Positions 33,288-43,548 are shown, counted from the stretch's first letter. The stretch is DNA of 64,000 nt from an uncultured Conexibacteraceae bacterium (GCA_964464285.1 CAYXFL010000001.1:46897-110896); one strand, 5' to 3'. The notes: a model not told the origin generated them from the letters alone. Translations and numbers: made by a program.

Positions 33288-34950
33288 GCCGCAGGGCGAG
33301 GAAGGCGAAGCCGCCCAGCGCCAGGGCCGCGAGCAGCGCCGCCTGCGGCGAGAAGACGCTGCCGGCGGGCGGGTCGAGCGACGGCGCGTAGAGCGCCAGG
33401 CTGAGCAGCGAGGCGATGCCGACGTACCAGGTCGCGAAGCGCGGGTAGACCGCCCGCATCCCGACCACCGCGCCGACGATCCCGAGCAGCGGCAGCAGGT
33501 AGCTGCTGACGTGCTTGATCGTGCGGTCCTCGGCGTTGCCGAAGAGGAGCAGGCCCCAGATCACGGCGCCGAACGCGAAGACCGCGAAGCAGGAGAGCGC
33601 CAGCCTCCACTCGGCCGGCTCGGGGCTGCCGCGCCGGCGCGCCCAGGCGAACGCCATCAGCACCGGGCCGAGCAGCAGCAGCCCGAGTCCGGGCACGATG
33701 TAGAAGAACTGGATCGCGCGCAGCGAGCGCGCCACCTGGCCGGGCTCACCGGTCTCGATGCTGGCGCGCAGCCCGTCGACCATCGGCTCGCCGCCGGACA
33801 TCGTCGCGAAGTTCTGCCACTTGTTCTCGATCGTGCCGCCGACCCCGGCCTCCTCGTAGCCGTCGACGATCGTCTCGAGGACGCCGCGGTCGTCGATCTC
33901 GGTGAAGCCGCCCAGGGTCCACTTGGTCAGGCGGTCGCCGGGCGGGTCGCCGTATTTCTGGTACGCCGACCAGGAGCCGACGAGGACGAGCCCGACCGCG
34001 GCGGCGACGCCGAGCCAGCGCCAGCTCGGCATCCCGCGCCAGGCGGCGACGATCGCCAGGGGGACGATCCCGAAGACGCTGGAGCCGTGGCCGAGGTAGG
34101 CGAGCGCGGCGAGCGCGGCGACCAGGGCCGCGGCCCAGAGCTTGCCGCGCAGCTCCTCCCAGAGCGGGGTGAGGACGAGAGCGGCGAGCGCCACCAGCAG
34201 CGCCGCCGGCAGCAGCTTCGGCCAGACGTAGAACCCGTTGACGATCGCCAGGTCGCTGAGCAGGACCGCGACCATCGCCAGGCCGCGGGTCAGCGGCCGC
34301 ACCCGGGCGGCGAGCAGCAGCGCCCAGAGGCCGACGATCCAGAGCTGCTGGAGCAGCACCCCCATCACCTGGTAGTCGAGCTGGTCGGCGCGCCAGCCGA
34401 ACGGGCGCTGGCTGAGCGCGTAGCCGACCTGCAGCGGCGGTCGGTCGCTGGAGAGCCAGCCGGCGTAGTCGGGCGGGGTGCCGTTGTGACCGTGCACGGC
34501 GAACCATTCGGTGAAGTGGAGCGGCAGGTAGTTGTCGCCCGGCAGGGTGTGCGAGAAGCGCGACATCGCGGTCACCATCGGGTCGGTGGCACCGCCGTGC
34601 ACGAAGCCGAGGAAGAGGACGAAGGCCGAGCCGAGCGCCCAGAGCCCGAGCGGGACGGCGAGGCGCCAGAGCAGATCCCGGTCGAGCTCCCACCGGTACA
34701 GCGACCAGCCGGCCAGGAGGAGTGACCCGAGGAGGACGAAGAAGGCGTACGTCTCGCCGAGCCCGCGGCTGCCGTAGAAGGTCCAGAACCCGAGCAGGCC
34801 GAGCAGGCCGCTGACCGCGAGGCCGATCGCGAGCAGCACCGGGACCTGCCGCACACCCTGCCGGGCCGCGAACAGAACCGCCGCGGCGAACGGCAAACCA
34901 GTCAGCAGCAGATGCTTCGCGAACAGCAGGAGCATGTCGCTGGAGTCCAT
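33202..34950 (-). CDS. polytopic membrane protein (GT-C-like candidate)
   Basis: 582 aa with at least 12 hydrophobic segments. The 3' end overlaps the convergent GT2 gene by 86 nt. Confidence 0.6.
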   Translation of the reverse strand: MDSSDMLLLFAKHLLLTGLPFAAAVLFAARQGVRQVPVLLAIGLAVSGLLGLLGFWTFYGSRGLGETYAFFVLLGSLLLAGWSLYRWELDRDLLWRLAVPLGLWALGSAFVLFLGFVHGGATDPMVTAMSRFSHTLPGDNYLPLHFTEWFAVHGHNGTPPDYAGWLSSDRPPLQVGYALSQRPFGWRADQLDYQVMGVLLQQLWIVGLWALLLAARVRPLTRGLAMVAVLLSDLAIVNGFYVWPKLLPAALLVALAALVLTPLWEELRGKLWAAALVAALAALAYLGHGSSVFGIVPLAIVAAWRGMPSWRWLGVAAAVGLVLVGSWSAYQKYGDPPGDRLTKWTLGGFTEIDDRGVLETIVDGYEEAGVGGTIENKWQNFATMSGGEPMVDGLRASIETGEPGQVARSLRAIQFFYIVPGLGLLLLGPVLMAFAWARRRGSPEPAEWRLALSCFAVFAFGAVIWGLLLFGNAEDRTIKHVSSYLLPLLGIVGAVVGMRAVYPRFATWYVGIASLLSLALYAPSLDPPAGSVFSPQAALLAALALGGFAFLALRPRPEAADADGESGDAPSSRTTRSAAAPV

Positions 34951-35027
34951 CGGCGCGCTAGGTTCGCATATCCATCAGCATCCGCAGGCCGCGATCAACC
35001 GCTTAATCAAGGAGCAAATCGCCCCAG

Positions 35028-35675
35028 ATGAACTACGAGCGTCTCTACACCTACCGATTCCGCGACATCGACCAGGACGGCCGGCTCGCCGTCTGGGGTG
35101 AGATCGCGCCGCACGTGCACGGCATCATGGGCAGCCCGCAGAAGGTGCTCGACCCGGCCGCCGGGCGCGGCGAGTTCATCGGCAAGGTGCCCGCCCGCGA
35201 GACCTGGGCGGTCGACGCGGTCAGCTACGACGAGGCGGCCCACAAGCCGGACACCAAGGTGATCACCTCGATGATCATGGACGCGGAGCTGCCGCAGGGG
35301 CACTTCGACGGCGTCTTCGTCTCCAACTTCCTCGAGCACCTCTACGACCAGGAGGCGATCTCCGCCTTCCTCGAAAAGATGCACGGACACATGGAGCAGG
35401 GCGGCCGGATCGCGATCATGGGGCCGAACTACCGTTACTGCTCCGACGAGTACTGGGACTGCGCCGACCACTACGTCGCGCTCACCCACGTGGCGATCGG
35501 CGAGCACCTCTACGCCGCCGGCTTCGAGATAGAGCGCACGATCCCGCGCTACCTTCCCTACTCCTTCCGCGGCATCCTGCCGCCCTCGCCGACCCTCACC
35601 CGCACCTACCTGAAGACCCCGCTCGCCTGGAAGCTGCTCGGCAAGCAGTTCCTGGTGATCGGGCGCAAGGACTGA
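35028..35675 (+). CDS. class I SAM-dependent methyltransferase
   Basis: VLDPAAGRGEF (motif I-like), VFVSNFLEHL and GGRIAIMGPN. Confidence 0.7.
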   Translation: MNYERLYTYRFRDIDQDGRLAVWGEIAPHVHGIMGSPQKVLDPAAGRGEFIGKVPARETWAVDAVSYDEAAHKPDTKVITSMIMDAELPQGHFDGVFVSNFLEHLYDQEAISAFLEKMHGHMEQGGRIAIMGPNYRYCSDEYWDCADHYVALTHVAIGEHLYAAGFEIERTIPRYLPYSFRGILPPSPTLTRTYLKTPLAWKLLGKQFLVIGRKD

Positions 35676-35683
35676 CGGAGCCC

Positions 35684-37807
35684 CTACCGGCGCGGCACCA
35701 GGCGGACGAGTTCGAGGCCCGAGGGGTCGACCCGAACCGGGACGAAGCGGAAGCGCCGCTGCAGGACGTCGAGCGCCGCGAGCTGAATCGAGAAGAACTC
35801 CGGCTGCGCGCCGGGCACCGGCGGGGAGGGCTCTGAGGTGAGCAGGACGGTTCCGGCGGGCACCCGCTCGGCGGCTGCTTCGACGCGCTCCCCGCTGGAC
35901 TCGATCAGGTCGTCCTCGGCGGCGTGTGAGATCGGCAGGACGTTGCGGCGGTCGGCGTCGAGCAGGATCTGCGTGGTCAGGTCCGAGCCGGCGATCACCA
36001 GCGCCGGCTCGCCCGGCGGCAACTGCTCGGCCAGCAGCGCCGTCCCGACCGGGACACGGGGGTCCAGCACGGGGTTGTCGGCCATCGCGCCCACCGCGCT
36101 GCCGAGCGTCCCCCCGCCCGGGGCGAGCAGCCCGAGGGCGGTGGATCCCCGCTTCGCTTCGAACGCGGGCCAGGCGGCGACCGCGATCATCGCCATGCCC
36201 AGCGCCAGCGCGCCGGCCGCCCCGGTGCGCCACCACGATCTCCCGGCCAGCAGCACCTGCATCCAGAGCGCGCAGATCGCGACCACGGGAACGAGCAGGA
36301 CGAGCAGGTTGTTGGGGTGGGAGCGGCCCAGGTAGTAGGTGAAGGCGAGGATCGCGAACCCGGTGAAGCCGGCGAGCGCCGTCCGCATCGCCGGCGCGAG
36401 CGCGGCGGGGGACGCGCGCACCAGCCAGAGCAGCATCACCGCGCTGGCGAACAGCACCGCCGCCATCAGCGGCCCCGCCGAGAAGAACTGGATCGAGACC
36501 TGCGAGAGGCCGTCGACCGAGTAGAGCGTCAGGTACTCGACGTACGGGCCCCAGTCGAGGTGCCCGCTCAGCACCAGGGTGGCGAGGCTGAAGGCAGCGA
36601 ACGCGGCGGCGCTGACGGCGAGGCCGACGAGGGCGGCGCGGAGGACGCGGCGGCCGGCGCCGTCCCCGGCGGCCAGCGCCTCGACCAGGACCAGGGCGCC
36701 GAAGGTCCCGGCGGCGTAGGCGAAGGTCTCGAGGCTCCAGACCGCGGCCAGCGCCAGCAGCGCGAGCACGGCGATCCGGCTGGGCCGCGCCAGGCGGGGG
36801 GCCGTCGCCCCGAGGACCGCGGCGAGAACCATCAGGTAGGGAATCCCGAAGCGCAGCGGCGAGGTGCTCGGGAAGACGACGTAGGCGTCGAGCGTGGCGA
36901 ACAGGTTGCCCAGCGCGGCGACCGCGATCGCGATCATCGTGAGCAGGAAGCCGAGGCCGGCCAGGCGCAGGATCGCGTAGACGCAGAGGTACAGGAGCGC
37001 GGTCAGGATCACGACGCCGAGCGCCAGCGTCCCGAACCCGATCGGGACCACCTTGAAGGCCAGGCCGAGCGCGTCGATCAAGCCGACGCCGTACTGCGAC
37101 CAGGCGGTGCCCACCATCGCCTGACCGTGGGCGACGTCGTTGGCCGGGCCGAGGAAGTAGAGGTGGTGGATCCAGAGGTTGCCCGAGTAGGGCACGAGGC
37201 CGGGGAGCTGGACCACGACCAGGACGATCGCCACGCAGGCGAGCAGCTCGAGCGCGGCGCGCGCCGTTCGCGACAGGGAGAGGGGGCGGCGCAGCCGCAG
37301 CGCCAGAACCGCGAGGGTGGCCAGGGCCAGGGCCGGCAGCAGCGCCGCGGGCTCCAGCGCACCGCGAGGCACGAACAGCAAGATCACGAAGACGGCCGAG
37401 AGCACGCTGACCACGCGCGCCAGCTCGCGCTCGCGGTCGTCCGGGTCGACCCAGAGCCGGGCGGCGAGGAACGGCGCACCCAGTGCGACCAGAGCCGCCA
37501 GCGCTAGAACGGCGTGGTGGAGCGCGTCGCCGGCACCCGTGCGCCGCACCAGGAAGGCGAGCGCGAGCGCGAGCAGGCCGACCGCGAGGCCGCGGGCCGC
37601 GGCCGCCGGCGCCGCGGCCGCGAGAACGCGCTCCTGACGGGCGGCGAGGAGCAGGCCGCCGGGAAGGGCCAGCGCGAGCACCAGGGCCCAGGCGCGGGTC
37701 TCGCTCGACTTCGACGCGCCGGCGGCGAGCACCAGCAGGCCGACCGCGAGGATCGCGAGGGCAGCGCAGGCAAGCAGGCGCAGAGCTCCGGCGTCGAGTG
37801 CCGCCAT
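35684..37807 (-). CDS. large polytopic membrane protein with C-terminal soluble domain (GT-C-like candidate)
   Basis: An AAGGAG lies just upstream of ATG 37807 (MAALDAG...); the track ORF extends to 37885. It has many TM segments and a C-terminal soluble region of about 130 aa. Confidence 0.6.
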   Translation of the reverse strand: MAALDAGALRLLACAALAILAVGLLVLAAGASKSSETRAWALVLALALPGGLLLAARQERVLAAAAPAAAARGLAVGLLALALAFLVRRTGAGDALHHAVLALAALVALGAPFLAARLWVDPDDRERELARVVSVLSAVFVILLFVPRGALEPAALLPALALATLAVLALRLRRPLSLSRTARAALELLACVAIVLVVVQLPGLVPYSGNLWIHHLYFLGPANDVAHGQAMVGTAWSQYGVGLIDALGLAFKVVPIGFGTLALGVVILTALLYLCVYAILRLAGLGFLLTMIAIAVAALGNLFATLDAYVVFPSTSPLRFGIPYLMVLAAVLGATAPRLARPSRIAVLALLALAAVWSLETFAYAAGTFGALVLVEALAAGDGAGRRVLRAALVGLAVSAAAFAAFSLATLVLSGHLDWGPYVEYLTLYSVDGLSQVSIQFFSAGPLMAAVLFASAVMLLWLVRASPAALAPAMRTALAGFTGFAILAFTYYLGRSHPNNLLVLLVPVVAICALWMQVLLAGRSWWRTGAAGALALGMAMIAVAAWPAFEAKRGSTALGLLAPGGGTLGSAVGAMADNPVLDPRVPVGTALLAEQLPPGEPALVIAGSDLTTQILLDADRRNVLPISHAAEDDLIESSGERVEAAAERVPAGTVLLTSEPSPPVPGAQPEFFSIQLAALDVLQRRFRFVPVRVDPSGLELVRLVPRR

Positions 37808-37936
37808 CGGCTCCTTCCGCGCTGGCCGGGCCACCTTCTTCGCGCCACTGGTCCGGTACCGAACAGATGCCGTATCGATCGCCAAGCGCGCAACCCTATA
37901 GGGATCGCCGGTAACCTCCCCGAGCGCTCGAACGAC

Positions 37937-38692
37937 TCAGATCGGGCGCTTCAGGGTTGGCTCGCGCACCTGGTAATCCCCCCGGCTGAGGGTCATCTCG
38001 AGCCACACATAGAGGGTGATGAAGAGGTAGCGGCTGCCCATCTCCTTCATCTTCAGCTTGGCGACGCCGGTGGTGCGGTTGGTCCAGTTGGTCGGGATGA
38101 CCTCGTAGGAGTGGCCGCGGACGATCGCCTTCAGCGGCATCTCGACCGTGAGGTTGAAGTGCTTGGAGAGCAGCGGCTGGATCGTTTCGACGACCTCGCG
38201 CCGGTAGGCCTTGAAGGCGTTGGTGGTGTCGTTGTAGCGGTGGCGGAAGAGGATGCGGATGAACTGGTTGGCGAGCCGGTTGACGTAGTACTTGAGCCGC
38301 GGGTAGTCGTGGACCTGGGCGCCGGGGACGAAGCGGGAGCCGAAGGCGCAGTCCCAGCCCTCTTCGAGCAGGGCGTGGTAGCGAACCAGGTCCTCGGGGT
38401 TGTCGGAGGCGTCGGCCATCACGATCACGACCGCGTCGCCCTCGAAGACGTCGAGGCCGGCGCGGATCGCCATCCCGAAGCCGCGCTCGTAGTGGGAGCG
38501 GTGGCAGCGCACCCGCGGGTTCTCGGCCCCGATCGCGTTGACGACCGCTTCGGTCGAGTCCTCGGAGTCGTCGTTGACGACGATCACCTCGTAGTCGATC
38601 GAGCCGCGCTCCAGCGCCGCGACGACGCCTTCGACCGTGGCCCCGACCGACCCCTCCTCGTTCTGGGCCGGCATCACCACCGAGAGCTTCAT
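37937..38692 (-). CDS. GT2 polyprenyl-phosphate glycosyltransferase (DPM1/GtrB/ArnC-like, soluble form)
   Basis: LSVVMPAQNEE, VIVVNDDSEDST, GFGMAIRAGL, VIVMADASD and NAFKAYRREV. Its ATG 38692 overlaps the vapC stop (ATGA). Confidence 0.8.
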   Translation of the reverse strand: MKLSVVMPAQNEEGSVGATVEGVVAALERGSIDYEVIVVNDDSEDSTEAVVNAIGAENPRVRCHRSHYERGFGMAIRAGLDVFEGDAVVIVMADASDNPEDLVRYHALLEEGWDCAFGSRFVPGAQVHDYPRLKYYVNRLANQFIRILFRHRYNDTTNAFKAYRREVVETIQPLLSKHFNLTVEMPLKAIVRGHSYEVIPTNWTNRTTGVAKLKMKEMGSRYLFITLYVWLEMTLSRGDYQVREPTLKRPI

Positions 38693-39078
38693 GATGAGTG
38701 GAGCTCCAGACCTGGGAGTGCGGTGCAGATGCGCTCGAAATCCGCGTCGAAGCTCCAGAGCCTGTGGCCGCCCCGAGCAGCCGCAACCGCGATCACCAGA
38801 TCGGTCAGAGGAAGGGTCTGCCCTTTGCCGCGCAAGTCGGCGGCAACGGTTCCCACTTCCCTCCACGAGTCCGCGTCCAGCTCGGCCCAGGGAAGCGAGG
38901 CGAGGGTCCCCCACATCCGTTCCGCCACATCTCCCTTGGCCCCGGCCAGGAGCTCCGCCGCGACCGGTCCGCAGGTCGCCACTTCACCGCCATCCAGCAG
39001 GGCGGCGAGCCCTGCGGCACGTCCAGCCGATCCACGGCGGGAGAACTCGATCCAAACGGAGGTATCCGGAAGCACCAC
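38689..39078 (-). CDS. vapC: PIN-domain ribonuclease toxin VapC
   Basis: VVLPDTSVWIEF ... LPLTDLVIAVAAARGGHRLWSFDADF shows the PIN acidic residues (D near the N-terminus, TD, D-x-D-F at the C-terminus). GTG start at 39078, 4 nt after the vapB stop. Confidence 0.8.
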   Translation of the reverse strand: MVLPDTSVWIEFSRRGSAGRAAGLAALLDGGEVATCGPVAAELLAGAKGDVAERMWGTLASLPWAELDADSWREVGTVAADLRGKGQTLPLTDLVIAVAAARGGHRLWSFDADFERICTALPGLELHSS

Positions 39079-39082
39079 AGGT

Positions 39083-39286
39083 TCAGATCCGGCGGTCCGC
39101 CGCGCGCATTTCCGCGGACGCGTCTTCGATCTCGATCTTGCCGGCGTTCTCGAGCAGCCAATCGACGGCGCCGCGCCGCACATGGTCGACGATCGCCGCT
39201 TCGACAGCCTTGGTCTTGGTCTCACCCGGGTGGCGCGCCATGAGCGCGTGCATGAGGCGATCATCGAGGTCGAGCGTGGTTCTCAT
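39083..39286 (-). CDS. vapB: VapB-family type II antitoxin
   Basis: The MRTTLDLDDRLMHALMA N-terminus is the typical signature of this antitoxin family. 67 aa, immediately upstream of the PIN gene. Confidence 0.8.
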   Translation of the reverse strand: MRTTLDLDDRLMHALMARHPGETKTKAVEAAIVDHVRRGAVDWLLENAGKIEIEDASAEMRAADRRI

Positions 39287-39302
39287 GCCATAAATATGGC
39301 AT
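39285..39302. promoter_or_regulatory. AT-rich palindromic operator candidate overlapping the vapB start codon
   Basis: ATGCCATA-AA-TATGGCAT is a perfect 8-bp inverted repeat. It lies in the 43-nt gap between the upstream SDR gene and vapB. Confidence 0.5.
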
Positions 39303-39329
39303 ACGCATTTCCAGCGACCAAGCGGCCCT

Positions 39330-40403
39330 CTATGCCGGGGCCGCCGTCCAGCGCTCGAGGTTCTGCTCGTACATCTCCTGGAGGATCTCCTCGATCCCGT
39401 AGCGCAGCTCGAAGTCCGGGTAGTCGGCTTCGAACGGGGCCAGGTCGGAGATCCACCAGCGGTGGTCGCCGATCCGCGGCTCCTCGCCCATCTCCCACTG
39501 CAGCTGGCGGCCGGCGACCCGCTCGCAGACGTCGATCGCCTCCAGCATCGAGCAGTTGGAGAAGCGGCCGCCGCCGATGTTGTAGACGGCGTGGGCGCGC
39601 GGCGCCTTGCGGAAGGCGTCGAAGGCGGCGATCAGGTCGGCGCTGTGGATGTTGTCGCGGACCTGCTTGCCCTCGTAGCCGAACACCGTGTACGGGGTGC
39701 CGGTGACGGTGCACTTCATCAGGTAGGCGAGGAAGCCGTGCAGCTTCGCGCCGGCGTGCTGGGGGCCGGTCAGGCAGCCGCCGCGGAAGCAGACGGTGGG
39801 CATCTCGAAGTAGTACCCGTACTCCTGCACGAGCAGGTCGGCGGCGGCCTTCGAGACCCCGAACAGCGAGTGGGTCGCGGTGTCGATCGACATCGAGGTG
39901 TCGATCCCCTTGTAGTAGGGATGGTCCTCGGGCAGCTCCAGCCGCTTCTCCAGCGACTGCAGCGGCAGCCGGTTCGGCGTGTCGCCATAGACCTTGTTGG
40001 TCGAGCAGAAGATGAACGGCGCCTCGAGGCAGTGGGCGCGCGCCGCCTCGAGCAGGTTGAGGGTGCCGTTGGCGTTGACGCCGAAGTCGGTCTGCGGGTC
40101 GCTCGCGGCCCAGTCGTGCGAGGGCTGGGCGGCGGTGTGGACGACCAGCTCGATGTTGCCGGCGTGCTTGGCGAAGATCCGCTCGACCGCGGCGGTGTCG
40201 CGGATGTCGGCGTTCTCCCAGTGGAAGCTGGAGTGCTCGGAGACCAGCCGCTCGGTCACGTGCGAGGTCGAGGACTCGGGGCCGAAGAAGCTGGCCCGCA
40301 TGTCGTTCTCGATCCCGACCACGTCGAAGCCCTCGGCGATGAAGTGCTCGACCGCCTCGGAGCCGATCAGCCCCCCCGCTCCCGTGATGATCGCAACCGG
40401 CAT
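39330..40403 (-). CDS. NAD-dependent sugar epimerase/dehydratase (extended SDR; CDP-paratose 2-epimerase-like by eye)
   Basis: [29 protein letters not shown] (YxxxK equivalent region) and [15 protein letters not shown]. Confidence 0.75.
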   Translation of the reverse strand: MPVAIITGAGGLIGSEAVEHFIAEGFDVVGIENDMRASFFGPESSTSHVTERLVSEHSSFHWENADIRDTAAVERIFAKHAGNIELVVHTAAQPSHDWAASDPQTDFGVNANGTLNLLEAARAHCLEAPFIFCSTNKVYGDTPNRLPLQSLEKRLELPEDHPYYKGIDTSMSIDTATHSLFGVSKAAADLLVQEYGYYFEMPTVCFRGGCLTGPQHAGAKLHGFLAYLMKCTVTGTPYTVFGYEGKQVRDNIHSADLIAAFDAFRKAPRAHAVYNIGGGRFSNCSMLEAIDVCERVAGRQLQWEMGEEPRIGDHRWWISDLAPFEADYPDFELRYGIEEILQEMYEQNLERWTAAPA

Positions 40404-40430
40404 CTCGCTCGCTCTCTCTTCTCAGTTGGC

Positions 40431-41498
40431 TTAGACGTTCAGCGCGGCCGCGATCCGCTCCGGATCGGAGGCCACCCACGCGTGTATATCGGTCAACACC
40501 TGCCGGGCGCTTCGACGCGGCCGCCACCGGTCGAGCTCGAACAGCCGCGCGCAGTCGGACAGGTAGATCGGGACGTCGCCCTGGCGCGTCTCCAGGACCG
40601 GCTCGATCGGCACCTCGTTGCCGGTCAGCTCCTGGCAGATCGCCGTCGTCTCCTGCAGCGAGAGCGAGCACTCGCGGCCGCCGCCGACGTTGACGGTGCG
40701 CCCGTTCCACTCCTCCGGGGCGAGCAGCTGGCGCTCGACCAGCTCGACCAGGTCCTCGACGTGGAGCAGGTCGCGGACCTGCTTGCCGGTGCCGCCGAAG
40801 CCGATGTAGGTGAGCGGCTTGGAGAACTGGTGGGCGAGCATCCAGTGGGTGAAGACCCCCTGGTCGACCTTGCCCATCTGCCAGGGGCCGGCGATCACGC
40901 CGCAGCGGTCGATCACCGCGGGCACCCCGAGGGCGCCGCGGAACTCCTCGATCAGCAGCTCGGCGGCGAGCTTGGTCGCCCCGTAGAGGGTGCGCTCGCC
41001 ATCCAGCGGGAAGGCCTCGGAGATCCCGGCCGGGGAGACCCCCGGCAGCGCCTGCTCGGCGGCGATCTCGAACCGCGTCTCCGCCTCCTCGAGCTCGATC
41101 TCGAGCTGCGGGGCGACCGGGTAGACGCGGCTGGTCGAGAGGAAGACGAGGAAGGCGCCGTCGCGGCGGGCCAGCTCGAGGCAGTTGTAGGCGCCGGTCA
41201 GGTTGGTGTGGACGAGGTAGCCGGTCTCGCCGTCGACACCGCTCATCACCGAGGGCTCGGCCGAGCACTCGATCAGGGCGTCGATCGTCCCCAGCTTTGC
41301 CAGCTCCTGCGGCTCGCGCACGTCGCCGCGCACGAACTCGACTCCGGCCTCGGCCAGGCGCGGCAGGTTCAGTTCGGAGCCGCGCCGGTAGAGGTTGTCG
41401 AAGGCGACGATCTCCCAGTCAGCGTGGCGCTCGGCCAGCGAGACCGCGAGGTTCGAGCCGACGAACCCGGCGCCGCCGGTGATCAGGAGGCGCTTCAC
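40431..41498 (-). CDS. NAD-dependent sugar epimerase/dehydratase (extended SDR)
   Basis: LLITGGAGFVGSNL, STSRVY and YGATKLAAE (YxxxK). GTG start at 41498. Confidence 0.8.
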   Translation of the reverse strand: MKRLLITGGAGFVGSNLAVSLAERHADWEIVAFDNLYRRGSELNLPRLAEAGVEFVRGDVREPQELAKLGTIDALIECSAEPSVMSGVDGETGYLVHTNLTGAYNCLELARRDGAFLVFLSTSRVYPVAPQLEIELEEAETRFEIAAEQALPGVSPAGISEAFPLDGERTLYGATKLAAELLIEEFRGALGVPAVIDRCGVIAGPWQMGKVDQGVFTHWMLAHQFSKPLTYIGFGGTGKQVRDLLHVEDLVELVERQLLAPEEWNGRTVNVGGGRECSLSLQETTAICQELTGNEVPIEPVLETRQGDVPIYLSDCARLFELDRWRPRRSARQVLTDIHAWVASDPERIAAALNV

Positions 41499-41528
41499 GG
41501 CGAGGGACGCTACCTGACCCGCTCCCGC

Positions 41529-43499
41529 CTAACTTCCCCCACCGGTGGCCGAGGGTTTCGGCAGCAGGAATTCGTAAGCGCCGACCGAGGCCGCGGTCTC
41601 GAAGTTGTCGAGCACGTAGTTGGTCAGCGGCGTATCGGGAGCCGGTTCGCCGTGCAGGTAGGGAGCCGCCAGCTCGTCGTTGCGGATCGCGCAGGGCTTC
41701 GGCGAGGCGCTCAGGTCTTCCACCGCCTGCCGCTGCTGGGCGTCGTCGAGCGCGCTGAACCAGGCGTTCGGTGGCTGCGGCCGCGGCGCCGGCAGCTCCG
41801 ACCACAGGTACATGCTGCCGACGGTTGGGAAGCCGATGAAGGTCGTGCACCCGTTGGCGCGCAGGAGGCCGACCAGGCGCTCGTAGCTTTCCGCCGTTTC
41901 GGGGGGGACCCGCATCAGCGACGCGCCGGGCAGGTCGAGCTTCGCCAGGCTGCGGTGGTTGTTGATCGCGGTGGCGCCGGGCAGCAGGACCGCGACCAGG
42001 ACGAAGAGCCCGGCCAGGGCGACGCCAGCCACCGTCAGCGTGCCGGCCAGCCGCCGCGCCCGCTCGCCGGCGCCGCCGGCGAAGACCGCGCGCAGCTCGG
42101 TCGTCGCGTCGGCCAGGCAGAGCGCCCCGACGGTGACGAAGCTGACCGAGGCGATCCCAAGCTGGCTGCCGGGAACCGGGTAGACCTGGAGGGTCTCGGC
42201 GACCGCCAGGGCCGGCAGCAAGACGCGCAGGAAGCGCTTGTACTGGGTCTCCTCGACCCCGGCCGGCGGGATCACCGCGATCCAGGCGAGCAGCATCGGG
42301 ACGATCACCGGGTTGGCGCTGGAGGGGTTGAGCCCGACGACGACGATGTGGGCGACCGTTAGCCAGATCGCCAGCCCGGCCAGCGCCCGTAGCAGCGCCG
42401 ACCAGAGCGCCGGACGGCCGTCCGGGCTGCGCAGGACCCGGGTCGCGACGAACGAGGCGGCGAGCGCGCCGACCGCCCAGGTCAGCACCGTCACCTGCGG
42501 GAACGGGGTCTGGCCGAGCAGCAGATCGCGGATCCCGAGCGCCTTGGTGATGATCCCTTCGTAGGCGTCGCCGAGCGAGGGACCGGTGAGCAGGAGGACA
42601 AGGACGATCGCGACGATCGCGACCGCGAACCCGGCGACGCCGCCGAGCAGGACGCGGAGCAGCGGCCGGTCAGGGCCGGTCGGCCGCAGCGGCCGGGCGG
42701 CGACCAGCACGCTGCCCAGCGCCAGCATCACCAGGAGCGTCAGTTCACGCGCCCAGCCGAGGTCGAGGTCGCGGTTGATGACGGCCAGCGGCAGGGCCAG
42801 GAGGGCCGCGCCGACCAACCAGCGGACCCAGGCCCGGCCGGCGAACGGCCAGGCCGTGAAAGCGGCGGCCGCGACCGCGGCGGCGATCGCGAAGATGCCA
42901 AGGTTGACCTTGGTCAGGAGCAGCGCCGCGAGCAGCGCTCCGCACCCGGCCCCGAGCCAGAGCGGCCGCTTCGAGGGCCCGCGGACGGCCAGCAGGGCGA
43001 AGGCGCCGAGCAACAGGACGCAGAGACCCTGGGGGTGCATGGGCTCGTTGGCGAGCACCCCGAGCGAGCCGAAGGCGGCGACCATGGCGGTCAGACCGAG
43101 CGGCAGGCTGCGGGTCAGCCGCTGGGCGGCGAGGCCGAAGAGGAGGCTGGTCCCGACCCAGACCAGGAGCACCACGGTGCGCGAGGAGTCGGTGCTGACG
43201 TCGAGCCCGAACAGCGAGAAGAGGCCGCCGAAGAACTCGTAGTAGAAGGGGCCGTAGACCGACCAGACGTCACGGTAGAGCGGGTCGCCGTCGAGGAAGG
43301 CACGCAGGGTGATCAGCAGAGTGCCCTCGTCGTCGTAGGACGCGAAGGTGGTGAAGATCGTGAAGTAGGCGGTGACCGTGGCGGCGATCGCGACCACCGC
43401 GTAGGCGGCCACCGAGGTCAGCTCGGGGTTGCGATCGGCCAGCTCCTGAATGCGGCCAAACGGCTTCTCCGGCCGGGGCTGTCCTGAGCGCTCGGTCAC
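41529..43499 (-). CDS. large polytopic membrane protein, GT-C-like (acidic DDE motif in first loop)
   Basis: 656 aa. FASYDDEGTLLITLRAF follows TM1, resembling the GT-C D/E-x-D/E loop. At least 13 TM segments and a C-terminal soluble domain. Confidence 0.6.
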   Translation of the reverse strand: MTERSGQPRPEKPFGRIQELADRNPELTSVAAYAVVAIAATVTAYFTIFTTFASYDDEGTLLITLRAFLDGDPLYRDVWSVYGPFYYEFFGGLFSLFGLDVSTDSSRTVVLLVWVGTSLLFGLAAQRLTRSLPLGLTAMVAAFGSLGVLANEPMHPQGLCVLLLGAFALLAVRGPSKRPLWLGAGCGALLAALLLTKVNLGIFAIAAAVAAAAFTAWPFAGRAWVRWLVGAALLALPLAVINRDLDLGWARELTLLVMLALGSVLVAARPLRPTGPDRPLLRVLLGGVAGFAVAIVAIVLVLLLTGPSLGDAYEGIITKALGIRDLLLGQTPFPQVTVLTWAVGALAASFVATRVLRSPDGRPALWSALLRALAGLAIWLTVAHIVVVGLNPSSANPVIVPMLLAWIAVIPPAGVEETQYKRFLRVLLPALAVAETLQVYPVPGSQLGIASVSFVTVGALCLADATTELRAVFAGGAGERARRLAGTLTVAGVALAGLFVLVAVLLPGATAINNHRSLAKLDLPGASLMRVPPETAESYERLVGLLRANGCTTFIGFPTVGSMYLWSELPAPRPQPPNAWFSALDDAQQRQAVEDLSASPKPCAIRNDELAAPYLHGEPAPDTPLTNYVLDNFETAASVGAYEFLLPKPSATGGGS

Positions 43500-43548
43500 G
43501 AGCGGGGCAACTTATCGCGTCGTACCCGATTCGCTAGGGTGCCCCCGG

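Noticed and set aside
39462-42362. 966-aa plus-strand ORF, and the similar long ORFs 57629-60379 (+) and 51281-53662 (-)
   Set aside because: They are shadows opposite well-supported genes: the SDRs and membrane protein, the penicillin acylase, and ppm1 with neighbours. No family motifs and low-complexity composition.
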